Source of the DNA: Polyangiaceae bacterium | Lineage (GTDB): Bacteria > Myxococcota_A > Polyangia > Polyangiales > Polyangiaceae | Length of the DNA stretch: 64,000 bases | Direction of reading: 5' to 3' | Assembly (NCBI GenBank): GCA_046351395.1 | Contig: JAXLYP010000017.1 | Span: forward strand, 65,508 to 129,507 | Shown here: piece after piece, positions 1 to 8,941 of the stretch | Numbering within the stretch: the stretch's first letter is position 1 | Layout: every line of letters begins with the position of its first letter | The notes under the pieces: model-generated | Databases searched by the model: none | What the model saw: the letters and a program-made list of their open reading frames with translations, nothing else | What the model was told of the DNA's origin: nothing | Position numbers and translations under genes: made by a program

Positions 1-302
1 CGGGCGATCCGACGTCGAGTGCGCAGGAATACGTCGTGATTCGAACGGGGTCGTGCTCTACGCTTCACGCGTTGCCCTCCGCCGCGCACATCGACCGATT
101 CGAGCAGGCAGGGGAGGCCGCGTGCCTCCTCGAGGAGCTCGGCTTCGTCGCCGTTGCACGCAAGCGCGACGACGAGGTTTCCCTCGAGCTCTGGCGCCTC
201 GTGGGATCGGATCGGCGGCTCATGAAGTACGTCATCAACGAGCCGTTCGACTCCGCGCAGGCGCTCGTCGACCACTGCGTCGCCCAGTTCGGGGACGTCT
301 GA
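1..302 (+). CDS. Hypothetical protein. The reading frame is open to the window start, so this is probably the 3' part of a gene that begins upstream. The first in-window start is GTG at 36.
   Basis: Frame 3 has no stop between position 3 and 302. The composition is balanced and not Arg/Ala-biased. No recognisable motif. Confidence 0.35.
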   Translation, partial: GDPTSSAQEYVVIRTGSCSTLHALPSAAHIDRFEQAGEAACLLEELGFVAVARKRDDEVSLELWRLVGSDRRLMKYVINEPFDSAQALVDHCVAQFGDV

Positions 303-410
303 GCTCCGCGCGAGCGCGAGCGGCGGCACAAAACGAAGAAGAGGAGAGCGCCTCTCTCGGCCTCTCCTCTCGTCTTCCCTTCGCGGTCTCGCGCGCGCTC
401 GCAGCCTGGG

Positions 411-1208
411 CTATTTCTTCTTGTCCTTCTCCTTCGGGACCTTGCGGGGCTTCATGCCGGGCAGGCTCGCGAGCTCGGGGGCCTCCTCGATGTACTCGAT
501 GGACTCGTAGGTCAGGATGCCGTGGTTCGGATCGATCGACGTGCCGGAGCCCTTGAGGGCCTGCGAGCCGTAGGTGCCCGTCACCTTCACCTTCGCGCCC
601 TTCGCGGGGAGGATGATAGGGATGGGCGTCGCGAACTGCGTGTCGACGATCTTGGCGAGGAAGTCCTTGTCGGTGCGCTTGTCGAGATCGGTCTCGTCCA
701 CGGTGAGGATGACGTCGTGGATTTGGGCGAACGTGGACGCGAAGCCGACGACGAGGATGGTCTCCTTCGCGTCGGGCGTGTCGCCAATCCAGAACGACGG
801 CTGGGGGGCCTTGCACCCCTCCGGGTCGCCGGGGTTCTTGTCTTTGCGGAGACCGCCGTGGTGAACGGCGCAGACGGGGACGCACTGCTCCTTCTTCCCG
901 TCCATCGTCTTCGGGTCTGCGCACGGGACGAGGTTCGTCTTGACGATGTAGCCGCCGATCGAGATTTTCGCGCCCTCCACCTCGCCGTGGTGGTTCATGC
1001 TGCGAAAGTCGTGGATGAGCCCGTGGACGGTCCACGCGTCGCCGTTCTTGCGCTGGAGCGGCGGGAGGTTCGGTACGGGCGGGACCTCGGCCTTCTCCTT
1101 CGGATCGGGCTTCTTCTCGTACGGCTTCTCGGGGGTTCCGCAGCCGATGGCGCCACAGAGGGTGAGCATCGAAACCAGACCGACAGCGGCGTGCGTGGCT
1201 CTCATCAT
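411..1208 (-). CDS. Hypothetical lipoprotein (265 aa).
   Basis: N-terminus MMRATHAAVGLVSMLTLCGAIGCG has a signal peptide and lipobox. Lys/Asp-rich, with several Cys and His. The Arg-rich ORF 235..1365 on the same strand in another frame is judged an artefact. Confidence 0.6.
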   Translation of the reverse strand: MMRATHAAVGLVSMLTLCGAIGCGTPEKPYEKKPDPKEKAEVPPVPNLPPLQRKNGDAWTVHGLIHDFRSMNHHGEVEGAKISIGGYIVKTNLVPCADPKTMDGKKEQCVPVCAVHHGGLRKDKNPGDPEGCKAPQPSFWIGDTPDAKETILVVGFASTFAQIHDVILTVDETDLDKRTDKDFLAKIVDTQFATPIPIILPAKGAKVKVTGTYGSQALKGSGTSIDPNHGILTYESIEYIEEAPELASLPGMKPRKVPKEKDKKK

Positions 1209-1385
1209 GGGTCCCTTCAGGGTCGCGAAGCGACGGCAGCCTAATCCAAGTCGCGCCGCCTCGGGAAGTACGATGCGCTCCGCCCGGCGCGCCGGATCGG
1301 GGGGCGACCGGGGCGAGAAGGCGCGTCGCGCCCTCGCGCGTAGCTATCTCGCCCGGTTCCAGCAAACGGCTCTACCCTTCCGGGC

Positions 1386-2666
1386 ATGCGCGAGAGCCTC
1401 CTCCACGCTCCGTTCGAGGTGTCGAAGATCTTGGTCATGATCCTCGCTGGCGGCGAAGGCCGGCGGCTCGGGCCCCTCACGGTCGAGCGCGCGAAGCCCG
1501 CGGTGCCGTTCGGTGGTCGCTACCGGATCATCGACATCGTCCTCTCCAATTTCGCAAACTCGGGCCTCACGCGCATCAAGGTGCTCACGCAGTACAAGAG
1601 CGCGTCCCTCGAGGAGCACATCGCGCGCGCGTGGCGGCTCTCGCCCATGCTCGACAGCTACATCGAGACCATCCCAGCTCAGCAGCGCACGGGGAAGAAC
1701 TGGTTCATGGGCTCGGCGGACGCGGTCTATCAGACCCTGCACGTCATCACGGACGAGCAGCCCGAGCAGGTCTGCATCTTCGGGGGGGACAACGTCTACA
1801 AGATGGACGTGCGGCAGATGATCCTGCAGCACCTCCACACGGACGCGGCGCTCACTGTCGCGGCGATCCCGGTGCCCATCAAGGAGGCGCGCGACTTCGG
1901 CGTGATCGAGGTCGACGAGACGGGGCGCATCATCGCGTTCCACGAGAAGGTGCCGAACCCGCCCACCATGCCGGGCAACCCGGAGATGTGCCTCGCGTCG
2001 ATGGGGAACTACATCTTCCAGACGGACCGCCTGATCGACGTCCTGAACGAGGACGCGCGGAGCGACTCGAGCGCCCACGACTTCGGCAAGGACATCATCC
2101 CGCGGATGGTGCACGGAGGGGAGCGCTGCTTCGTCTACGACTTCAACACGAACAAAGTCCCGGGCGAGGATCCGCGCGGCGCGAACGAGATCGCCTACTG
2201 GCGCGACATCGGCACCGTCGACGCGTACTTCGAGGCGCAGATGGAGCTCGTGAGCGTGAAGCCCGCGTTCAACCTCTACAACCAGCGCTGGCCGATCCGG
2301 ACGGGCACGAACCACGACCCGCCCGCGAAGTTCGTCTTCCGGGACGAGGTGAACGATCGCGTCGGTACGGCGACCGAGAGCATGGTGAGCCACGGCTCCA
2401 TCATCTCGGGAGGTCGCATCCACCGGAGCGTCCTCTCGAACCGGTGCCGCATCAACTCGTACGCCCAGATCGATTCGAGCATCCTCTTCGAGAACGTCGT
2501 GATCGGGCGCCACGTGAAGATCCGCCGCGCCATCATCGACAAGGACGTGGAGATCCCGCCCGGCACCGAGATTGGCTACAACCTCGAGCTCGATCGGAAG
2601 CGCTGGTTCGTGAGCGAAGGCGGCATCGTCGTCATCCCGAAGCGCGCGAAGCTCCCCGAGGTGTAG
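1386..2666 (+). CDS. glgC: Glucose-1-phosphate adenylyltransferase (ADP-glucose pyrophosphorylase).
   Basis: ILAGGEGRRLGPLT, KPAVPFGGRYRIIDIVLSNFANSG, and a C-terminal left-handed beta-helix region are typical of GlgC. 426 aa. Confidence 0.93.
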   Translation: MRESLLHAPFEVSKILVMILAGGEGRRLGPLTVERAKPAVPFGGRYRIIDIVLSNFANSGLTRIKVLTQYKSASLEEHIARAWRLSPMLDSYIETIPAQQRTGKNWFMGSADAVYQTLHVITDEQPEQVCIFGGDNVYKMDVRQMILQHLHTDAALTVAAIPVPIKEARDFGVIEVDETGRIIAFHEKVPNPPTMPGNPEMCLASMGNYIFQTDRLIDVLNEDARSDSSAHDFGKDIIPRMVHGGERCFVYDFNTNKVPGEDPRGANEIAYWRDIGTVDAYFEAQMELVSVKPAFNLYNQRWPIRTGTNHDPPAKFVFRDEVNDRVGTATESMVSHGSIISGGRIHRSVLSNRCRINSYAQIDSSILFENVVIGRHVKIRRAIIDKDVEIPPGTEIGYNLELDRKRWFVSEGGIVVIPKRAKLPEV

Positions 2667-2742
2667 GCGCGCCTCGCGGAGAGCCCGGCGCGGCTCGCGA
2701 CCCTGTCGCCCGCGCCGAGCGGTTGATAGGCTTTCGCGCATC

Positions 2743-4236
2743 ATGAAATTCCGGGCGAGCGCGCTCGCCACATGCTTCGCGGGGCTCATGGGGACCGCGT
2801 GTGACGATGGCGGCGCTTCGACGGGCGGCTCGGGCGGAGGCGGTGGCGGTGGCGCGCCGCCGGCGATGCAGGCCGAGGCGGGGTTCATCGAGGTGCCTCC
2901 GGCGACGGTCGCAGGGCCGAATTTCTCGTCCAGGATGTTCTACTGGTTCCAGCCCGCGAAGGTGGATCCGGCGAACGCGCCCGTCGTCCTCTTGTTCAAC
3001 GGTGGGCCCGGCGCGGCGACCACGTCGATCCTCGGCCCGTACGGGACGGCCGCCAAGCGCCTCGATCCGGACGGCGCGGACGACGCGCCGCCGATCGACA
3101 ACCCGGACGCCTACACCGAGTTCGCGAACCTCCTCTACGTCGACGAGCGCATGACGGGGTTCTCGTATGGCCTGTCGCCGAGCGGCGCGCCGGCGTGCCT
3201 CGGCACGGATGCGTTCTACGTCCAAGACGCGGGCGACTTCGCGTTCGCGCTCCTCACGTTCCTCGATTCGCACCCCGCGCTCGCAGACAATCCCGTCGTC
3301 GTCATGGGCGAGAGCTACGGCGGCACGCGCGCGCCGATGCTCCTCCACATGTTGCGGAACTACGCGACGCCGCTCGACCCGCCGATCCCAGGGTTTCCGG
3401 ACGTGCCGACGTTCCTTCCCTGGCTGCGCGACAAAGTGCAGGCGCACTTCGACGCGCTCACGCCGAACGACGTGCACGCCCGCACGCCGGACGAGGTGAC
3501 CGCGCAGTTCGGGTGGATGGTCCTCATCCAACCGAACTTCTTCGGCATGCAGCAGTTCATGTTCCAGGATCCGCTGCTCAAGGCCGACCCCGACTTTGCG
3601 GCGTACTTCCAGGCCCCGGCGGACACGCTCGATCCGTACGACGTGCGCAAGCCCATCGCGTTCCTGGATCACCTCGACGCGCAGGTGAAGTCGACCGTCC
3701 GCGATCCGACGCGCCTCGCGGATCTCTTGGGAGTCTCGCTCGAGGACATTCATGGGCTCGCTGCGGCCGACCGCGGGGATGCGTTCCGCTTCTTCGATCT
3801 GGATGACCCGGCGGCGCTCGCGACGGCCGAGGCGCCGCTCCGCGCGGTGCTCGGTGAACTCGGGCCGAAGGATGCGTATTGGGAGCCGCTCCAGGGCGTG
3901 TGTCACCCGACCCTCGGCGACGTCAACACGGCGAACGCGCTCCTTCGCCTGCTACCGCACCTCCATACGTTCGTCACGAACGCGCGCTACGACTCGGTCG
4001 TCTACACGGAGGCGATCGGTCCGCTGTTCGATCAGGGGACGACGTACACGGTGACGCTCGAGCCGACGCCCGCGTCCGCGTCGCGCCCCGGGGAGCTGCA
4101 CTTCGTCGACGACGCGAAGGATTTCCGCGTGCGCTTCCCGACCTACGAGGCAGGCCACGAAGTGACAGTCTCCGCCTGGAAGGAGTTCGGCGCGGACCTC
4201 CGCGAGTGGCTCGTCGCGGAGAAGGCCATCCCATAG
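2743..4236 (+). CDS. Secreted serine carboxypeptidase-like protein (peptidase S10 family), lipoprotein.
   Basis: Signal plus lipobox (FAGLMGTAC), a Gly-rich linker, LLFNGGPGAAT, and GESYGG (catalytic Ser motif of S10 / alpha-beta hydrolases). Confidence 0.7.
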   Translation: MKFRASALATCFAGLMGTACDDGGASTGGSGGGGGGGAPPAMQAEAGFIEVPPATVAGPNFSSRMFYWFQPAKVDPANAPVVLLFNGGPGAATTSILGPYGTAAKRLDPDGADDAPPIDNPDAYTEFANLLYVDERMTGFSYGLSPSGAPACLGTDAFYVQDAGDFAFALLTFLDSHPALADNPVVVMGESYGGTRAPMLLHMLRNYATPLDPPIPGFPDVPTFLPWLRDKVQAHFDALTPNDVHARTPDEVTAQFGWMVLIQPNFFGMQQFMFQDPLLKADPDFAAYFQAPADTLDPYDVRKPIAFLDHLDAQVKSTVRDPTRLADLLGVSLEDIHGLAAADRGDAFRFFDLDDPAALATAEAPLRAVLGELGPKDAYWEPLQGVCHPTLGDVNTANALLRLLPHLHTFVTNARYDSVVYTEAIGPLFDQGTTYTVTLEPTPASASRPGELHFVDDAKDFRVRFPTYEAGHEVTVSAWKEFGADLREWLVAEKAIP

Positions 4237-4476
4237 CTCGTCTCGCGTCGGGCGGATGGGTCTCGACAGGTCTCCTCGCTGGGGGAGCGCCGCGCTCCGC
4301 CGGCTCGAGCATCAGGGCTGGACTGGCAGGGTGAAGTTCAGCTCGATGCCCGCCGACGGCCCGATGTTCGATGAGTTGAACGCACGCGTCGCGCCGTGTA
4401 CCGAGAGGAGGCCGCTCTGCCGAGCGCGTTCGGGACGATGGGCCGCAAGCGGCCATTCATGCGGATTTTGTCGAGG

Positions 4477-4851
4477 CTACTGTCCGGTGCCGGTGCTGCT
4501 CCCGGACCCCGTCCCGACGCCGCTCGTCTGCGCGACCCCATAGGCGGCGATCGCGGAAGAGCCCGAGCCCATCATCGAGGCGGTCGAGCTCTTCGATCCG
4601 CTCGACGTGGTCGCGCCGCCCGCGCCGCCGCTCCCCGACGAGTCGTCACACGCGGAGAGCTGCGCGACGCTCACCGCGAGGCCGAGCGTCACGGCGACCG
4701 CCGCGCGCTTGAGGACCACGCCCTCCTTCGCGGGCACGACGGCCGCCTCGAACGGCGCGCCGCAGTGCGGACACGCAGCGTCGCCTCCGGGGAGCGGAGC
4801 GCGGACGTGGCAAGCACACTCGGGGCACGCGATCAGGCTGGGGCGCAACAC
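4477..4851 (-). CDS. Small zinc-ribbon membrane protein with a Gly/Ser/Thr-rich C-terminal tail (124 aa). GTG start. Candidate substrate of the neighbouring rSAM/SPASM enzyme.
   Basis: MLRPSLIACPECACHV...CPHCG (a CxxC...CxxC ribbon), then a TM helix AAVAVTLGLAVSVAQL, then low-complexity SGSGGAGGATTSSGS...YGVAQTSGVGTGSGSSTGTGQ. It is a paralogue of the 47-aa ORF immediately upstream. Confidence 0.55.
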   Translation of the reverse strand: MLRPSLIACPECACHVRAPLPGGDAACPHCGAPFEAAVVPAKEGVVLKRAAVAVTLGLAVSVAQLSACDDSSGSGGAGGATTSSGSKSSTASMMGSGSSAIAAYGVAQTSGVGTGSGSSTGTGQ

Positions 4852-4889
4852 GCCGTCGAGCTTAGGAGGCCCGTCGCGCGGTCGTCAAC

Positions 4890-5033
4890 GTCAGTTGCCG
4901 CCTGTGCTGCTGCTCGCCGAGGCCACGCCGTACGTCGCGACAGCGAGGGTCGCGGCGCAGTGGGGGCACGTGCCCTCGCCCGCGCGGACGTGGCACGCGC
5001 AGTCGGGGCAAGCGATCAGCGTCGGTCGAAGCA
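4890..5033 (-). CDS. Short paralogue (47 aa) of the zinc-ribbon protein: MLRPTLIACPDCACHVRAGEGTCPHCAATLAVATYGVASASSSTGGN.
   Basis: ATG start. Same N-terminal 16 residues and CxxC...CxxC as 4477..4851, with a conserved ...A(V/I)A(T/A)YGVA...S(T)G tail. It is below the ORF-track length cut-off and was found by reading the minus strand. Confidence 0.35.
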
Positions 5034-5125
5034 TCCTTCGACGGTAGCGCGCGGCTCGCGCGCGCGGCTCAAAGAGTTTCCAGCGAACGCCCCGACGAGA
5101 GAAGAGCCGCTAGCCTGATGCACGA

Positions 5126-6388
5126 ATGGCTCCCACCGACCCGCCCGATCCGTCATCGCTCGTCACGGAGACCGCGATCCCTGCACCCGTGCGTTCGCTC
5201 CGCGCGGAGGACGAGGGCCGCGCATTCCCGCTCTACGTGGTCTGGGAGATCACGATGAAGTGCGACCAGCCGTGCGGCCATTGCGGCACCCGCGCGGGAC
5301 CCGCGCGGGACGACGAGCTCGGCCTCGAGGAGATGTTCGCGGTCGCGCGCTCCCTCGCGCAGCTCGGCGCGCGCGAGGTGACGCTCATCGGAGGCGAAGC
5401 CTACTTGCGGAAGGACTGCGAGGAGCTCATCCGGTTCATCGCGAGCACCGGAGTCCGCGTGACGATGCAAACGGGCGGGCGCAACTTCAGCCTCGACCGC
5501 GCGAAGCGCTTCAAGGAGGCGGGCCTCGAGGGCGTCGGCGTGTCGATCGACGGCCCCGCGCGCGCACACGATCGCCTCCGCGGCAACCTCGGGAGCCACG
5601 CGGCCGCGATGAAGGCCCTCGACCACATCCGCGAGGCGGGCCTCGTGCTCAGCGCGAACACGCAGATCAACAAACTGAACGCGCACATGCTCCGCGAGTT
5701 CGCGGCGGAGCTCCGCGCGAAGGGCGTGCAAGCTTGGCAGGTCCAGCTCACGGGGCCGCTCGGCCGCGCCGCGGACCGACCGGAGTGGATCATCGATCCG
5801 TGGCAAATCGTGGACGTCATCGACACCCTCGCGGCCATCCAGCGCGAAGCGGTCGAGGAGTTCCGCGCGAACGGCGAGAACGGGATCCCGTTCAACGTCT
5901 TCACGAACAACAACATCGGCTACTTCGGCCCCCACGAGATCGCACTGCGATCTCGGCCCTACGGGCGCGAGACGCACTGGCTCGGGTGCGCCGCGGGGAT
6001 CTACATCCTGGGCATCGAATCGGATGGCACGGTGAAGGCCTGTCCGACGCTGCCGACGGAGGCGTACGCCGCCGGCAACGTCCGCGAGATGACGCTCGAG
6101 CAGCTCTGGGAGCGGAGCGAAAAGATGAAGTTCTCTCGAGAGCGCGGGACCGAGGAGCTCTGGGGGTTCTGCAAGACCTGCTACTACGCGGACGTCTGCA
6201 AGGCGGGCTGCTCCTGGATGGCGCACACCACGCTCGGGCGGCGCGGCAACAACCCGTTCTGCTACCACCGCGTCACGCAGCTCAAACGAAAGGGGATCCG
6301 CGAGCGCCTCGTCCCCGTCGAGAAAGCACCTCAGCGCCCGTACGATCACGGCCGCTTCGAGATCGTCGAAGAGCCCTGGGACGCCTGA
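5126..6388 (+). CDS. Radical SAM / SPASM-domain protein (420 aa).
   Basis: CDQPCGHCG (Cx3Cx2C) near the N-terminus. A GVSIDG glycine-rich SAM motif. C-terminal CAAGIYILGIESDGTVKACP...FCKTCYYADVCKAGCSWMAH auxiliary-cluster (SPASM) cysteines. Confidence 0.9.
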   Translation: MAPTDPPDPSSLVTETAIPAPVRSLRAEDEGRAFPLYVVWEITMKCDQPCGHCGTRAGPARDDELGLEEMFAVARSLAQLGAREVTLIGGEAYLRKDCEELIRFIASTGVRVTMQTGGRNFSLDRAKRFKEAGLEGVGVSIDGPARAHDRLRGNLGSHAAAMKALDHIREAGLVLSANTQINKLNAHMLREFAAELRAKGVQAWQVQLTGPLGRAADRPEWIIDPWQIVDVIDTLAAIQREAVEEFRANGENGIPFNVFTNNNIGYFGPHEIALRSRPYGRETHWLGCAAGIYILGIESDGTVKACPTLPTEAYAAGNVREMTLEQLWERSEKMKFSRERGTEELWGFCKTCYYADVCKAGCSWMAHTTLGRRGNNPFCYHRVTQLKRKGIRERLVPVEKAPQRPYDHGRFEIVEEPWDA

Positions 6389-6436
6389 CGGTCGCGCGTC
6401 CGAAGGTCGCGCGTCACACGAAGGAGGGCGCGCGCG

Positions 6437-7633
6437 TCACCCGAAGGCGGGCGTGGGGAACGCGGGCCCGGGCTTCGCGAAGAAGTAGCCTTGCATGAGA
6501 TCGCACCCCGCCTGCACGAGCTCGTCGCGCTCCGCGACGTTCTCGATGCCCTCGGCGGTGACCGTCATGCCGAGCTCCGCGCACATCTTGATCATCGTGC
6601 GGACGAGGGTCTGCTTCGTGGGCTGGAGGTGGAGATCGCGCACGAGCGCCATGTCGAGCTTCACGACGTCGGGCTCGAGCGCGGTGAGGCTCGTGAGGCC
6701 CGCGTAGCCGGCGCCGAGATCGTCGATCGCGATGCGGTACCCCATTTTGCGGAGCGTCGCGATCCGCGTCCGGACGTCGTGGATCCCTTCGAGGGAAGCT
6801 CGCTCGGTGATCTCGAGCACGACCCGGCTCGCGACGCTCGCGAGGGGCGAGCGCTCGTCGTAGAGCTCGTCGTCCGAGAGATCGCTCGGGTGCAGGTTGA
6901 CGAAGAGGAGCGCGTCCGTCGTCCCGAGGGGCTCGATCGCCTTCGCGCGAATCCGGCGCCCGAGCTCGTGGACGCGACCGAGCCGCTCGGCTGCGTCGAG
7001 CATCGCGCCCGGGTGGGGCAGGGTCGGCTCTCGAGACCGGAGGAGCGCCTCGAACGCGTAGATGCGGCGTTCGCTCCACGACACGATCGGCTGGTACGCG
7101 ATGTGGAGCCCCTCGAGCGCGCGCTCGAACGCGGCCGCGCGACCCGCCTGATCGCCGATGAAGTGCTCGGCGCCGCCCGCGAGCTCGAGCGCCTCGCGCT
7201 TCGCCTTCGCGAGCCGGTGCAGCCGCACGGCGTCGTGCGCGAGATCGACGAGCGTCTTCAGCTCCACCGGCTTCACGAGGTACCGGAGAGCGCCGTTCTC
7301 CACGGCCTTCACGGCCGCGTCGAACGAAGGCACGCCCGTGATGAGGATGACGGGGACGTCGAGGTCGCGCTCGCGCACGTGCTTGAGGAGCGTGAGGCCG
7401 TCCATCCCCGGCATGTCGATGTCGCTCAGGATGAGGTCGAACGAGCCCTCCTGCAGCGCGGCCTCCGCGGCGATGCCGTTCGGAGCGCTGACCACGGTGT
7501 AGCCCGCCTTGGTCAACGCGCGCGTGTGCACGCGGAGGATCGCTTCTTCGTCGTCGACGAGCAAAACGCGCGGAAGGTTCGGATCGGTGCCCATGACTAC
7601 CCCCGTTGTCGCATGGTCCTCGCGAAACGTCAC
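6437..7633 (-). CDS. Response regulator with a receiver domain plus an EAL (c-di-GMP phosphodiesterase) domain.
   Basis: VLLVDDEEAIL...DLILSDIDMPGMDGL...VILITG is a receiver domain. QPIVSW...AFEALLR...EITER...IAIDDLGAGYAGL is an EAL domain. The start is ATGA-coupled to the upstream stop; the alternative start M14 at 7594 gives a canonical receiver N-terminus. Confidence 0.88.
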   Translation of the reverse strand: MTFREDHATTGVVMGTDPNLPRVLLVDDEEAILRVHTRALTKAGYTVVSAPNGIAAEAALQEGSFDLILSDIDMPGMDGLTLLKHVRERDLDVPVILITGVPSFDAAVKAVENGALRYLVKPVELKTLVDLAHDAVRLHRLAKAKREALELAGGAEHFIGDQAGRAAAFERALEGLHIAYQPIVSWSERRIYAFEALLRSREPTLPHPGAMLDAAERLGRVHELGRRIRAKAIEPLGTTDALLFVNLHPSDLSDDELYDERSPLASVASRVVLEITERASLEGIHDVRTRIATLRKMGYRIAIDDLGAGYAGLTSLTALEPDVVKLDMALVRDLHLQPTKQTLVRTMIKMCAELGMTVTAEGIENVAERDELVQAGCDLMQGYFFAKPGPAFPTPAFG

Positions 7634-8373
7634 TCCAGGCTCAACACGCCGTAGCTCTTGGGATCGGTCGGCGCGTTCATTGCGTCGAGGACGAGTCCCT
7701 TCGGCCAGTGCGCGTTCGCGTGATAGAGCGCGAAGCCTAAATCATGCGGGGCCCCATTGGGGGCGCCGATCGCAGCCCAGGGCAGCTTCACCTCGTACCG
7801 CACGGGGGTGGGCTTCATCCCGGGGCAGGCGGTGACGATCCCCGCGGGCGCCGCGCCCGCCACGAACCCGCCGCCCATCAGCACGAAGTCGTGGCGATCG
7901 CCGTCCTTCCCCGTCGGGTCGTCGCGGAGCACGAGGACGAACTCATCGCCGCTCGGTGACGCCGCGTGGTCGGGGTCGAACACGAACCCCATCGGACAGT
8001 TGCACGTCGGCGCGCCGCTCGCGGCCAGGTAGAGGCCGTCCGTCCCGTACTTCACGACGATCGTCAGATCTCCGGCGAAGAAGCAGGTCCCGTCCGACCA
8101 CTCGTCGGCGTGGAGCGTGCCGTCGAACGTCGGCGTGCACCCCGCTTTCACGGCGACGGGCGTCGCCGTGTTCGCCGCGCACGATTGGAGCTCCGTGATC
8201 TCTGCGGCCGAGGCGACGCAGGCCGCCGAGGCCATGCCCGTCCCCGTCGACGATCCGTTCGATCCGTCGCTCGCGCTCGTCGCGCCGCCCGAGCCCGCGC
8301 CGGCCGCGTCGTCGCACGCGGCGCCGAGCATCGAGAAGAGCGCGACGCACAGGAGGGGGAGGCGCTTCATCAC
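7630..8373 (-). CDS. Hypothetical lipoprotein (247 aa).
   Basis: MMKRLPLLCVALFSMLGAAC signal and lipobox, followed by a Gly/Ser-rich linker. Overlaps the downstream EAL gene by 4 nt. Confidence 0.6.
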   Translation of the reverse strand: MMKRLPLLCVALFSMLGAACDDAAGAGSGGATSASDGSNGSSTGTGMASAACVASAAEITELQSCAANTATPVAVKAGCTPTFDGTLHADEWSDGTCFFAGDLTIVVKYGTDGLYLAASGAPTCNCPMGFVFDPDHAASPSGDEFVLVLRDDPTGKDGDRHDFVLMGGGFVAGAAPAGIVTACPGMKPTPVRYEVKLPWAAIGAPNGAPHDLGFALYHANAHWPKGLVLDAMNAPTDPKSYGVLSLE

Positions 8374-8386
8374 GGCCGAGAGTACT

Positions 8387-8941
8387 TCAGGTGGAGCGGC
8401 CGCTGCGCGAGGTGAGCGTGTTCGACCCGTCGTCCCCCTCCACGCGGGCGTCGGCGCCGCGAGCGCACGCGAGGAGGGCGTCCCCCGTCAGCCGCTGCAC
8501 GGTCCACTCGCTCATCGGCTTCGCGCCGAGCTTCGCGTAGAACCGGAGCGCGGGCTCGTTCCAATCGAGGACGCTCCACTCCATCCGCCCGCAGCCCCGC
8601 TCCACGGCGATCGCGGCGAGCGTCCGAAGGAGCGCCTCGCCGATCCCCCGTCCGCGCTTCTCGGGCCTCACGAAGAGATCCTCGAGGTACAGGGTCGGCC
8701 TCGCGAGGAACGTCGAGAACGTGAAGAAGTAGAGGGCGAACCCGGCCGCGTCTCCGTCGTCCTCCGCGAGGAGCACCTCGGCGAAGGGGTGGTCTCCAAA
8801 GAGGTGCTCCCCGAGAGACGCGGTGTCGGCGGTGACCTCGCCCTCGAGGCGCTCGTAGGCGGCGAGCTCGCGGATGAACGAGAGGACCTGCGCCTCGTCG
8901 CCTGACCGCGCGCGCCGAATCGAAGGCGGCCGACCGCTCAT
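8387..8941 (-). CDS. GNAT family N-acetyltransferase.
   Basis: FVRPEKRGRGIGEALL (the R/Q-x-x-G-x-G/A acetyl-CoA motif) plus the GNAT fold pattern. Start taken at M10 (MSGRPP), ATGA-coupled to the upstream stop. The ORF track extends to 8968 (GTG). Confidence 0.82.
   Translation of the reverse strand: MSGRPPSIRRARSGDEAQVLSFIRELAAYERLEGEVTADTASLGEHLFGDHPFAEVLLAEDDGDAAGFALYFFTFSTFLARPTLYLEDLFVRPEKRGRGIGEALLRTLAAIAVERGCGRMEWSVLDWNEPALRFYAKLGAKPMSEWTVQRLTGDALLACARGADARVEGDDGSNTLTSRSGRST

Noticed and set aside
235-1365. 376-aa Arg/Pro/Gly-rich ORF on the minus strand.
   Set aside because: Extreme Arg bias typical of an off-frame high-GC artefact. It overlaps the well-formed lipoprotein gene 411..1208 in another frame.
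1344-2888. 514-aa minus-strand ORF.
   Set aside because: Antisense to glgC, Arg/Asp/Val-rich composition, no motifs.
4237-4476. Protein-like minus-strand reading (...AFNSSNIGPSAGIELNFTLPVQP*) in the gap after the S10 gene.
   Set aside because: An in-frame TAG occurs 30 codons upstream and there is no start codon. Judged chance.
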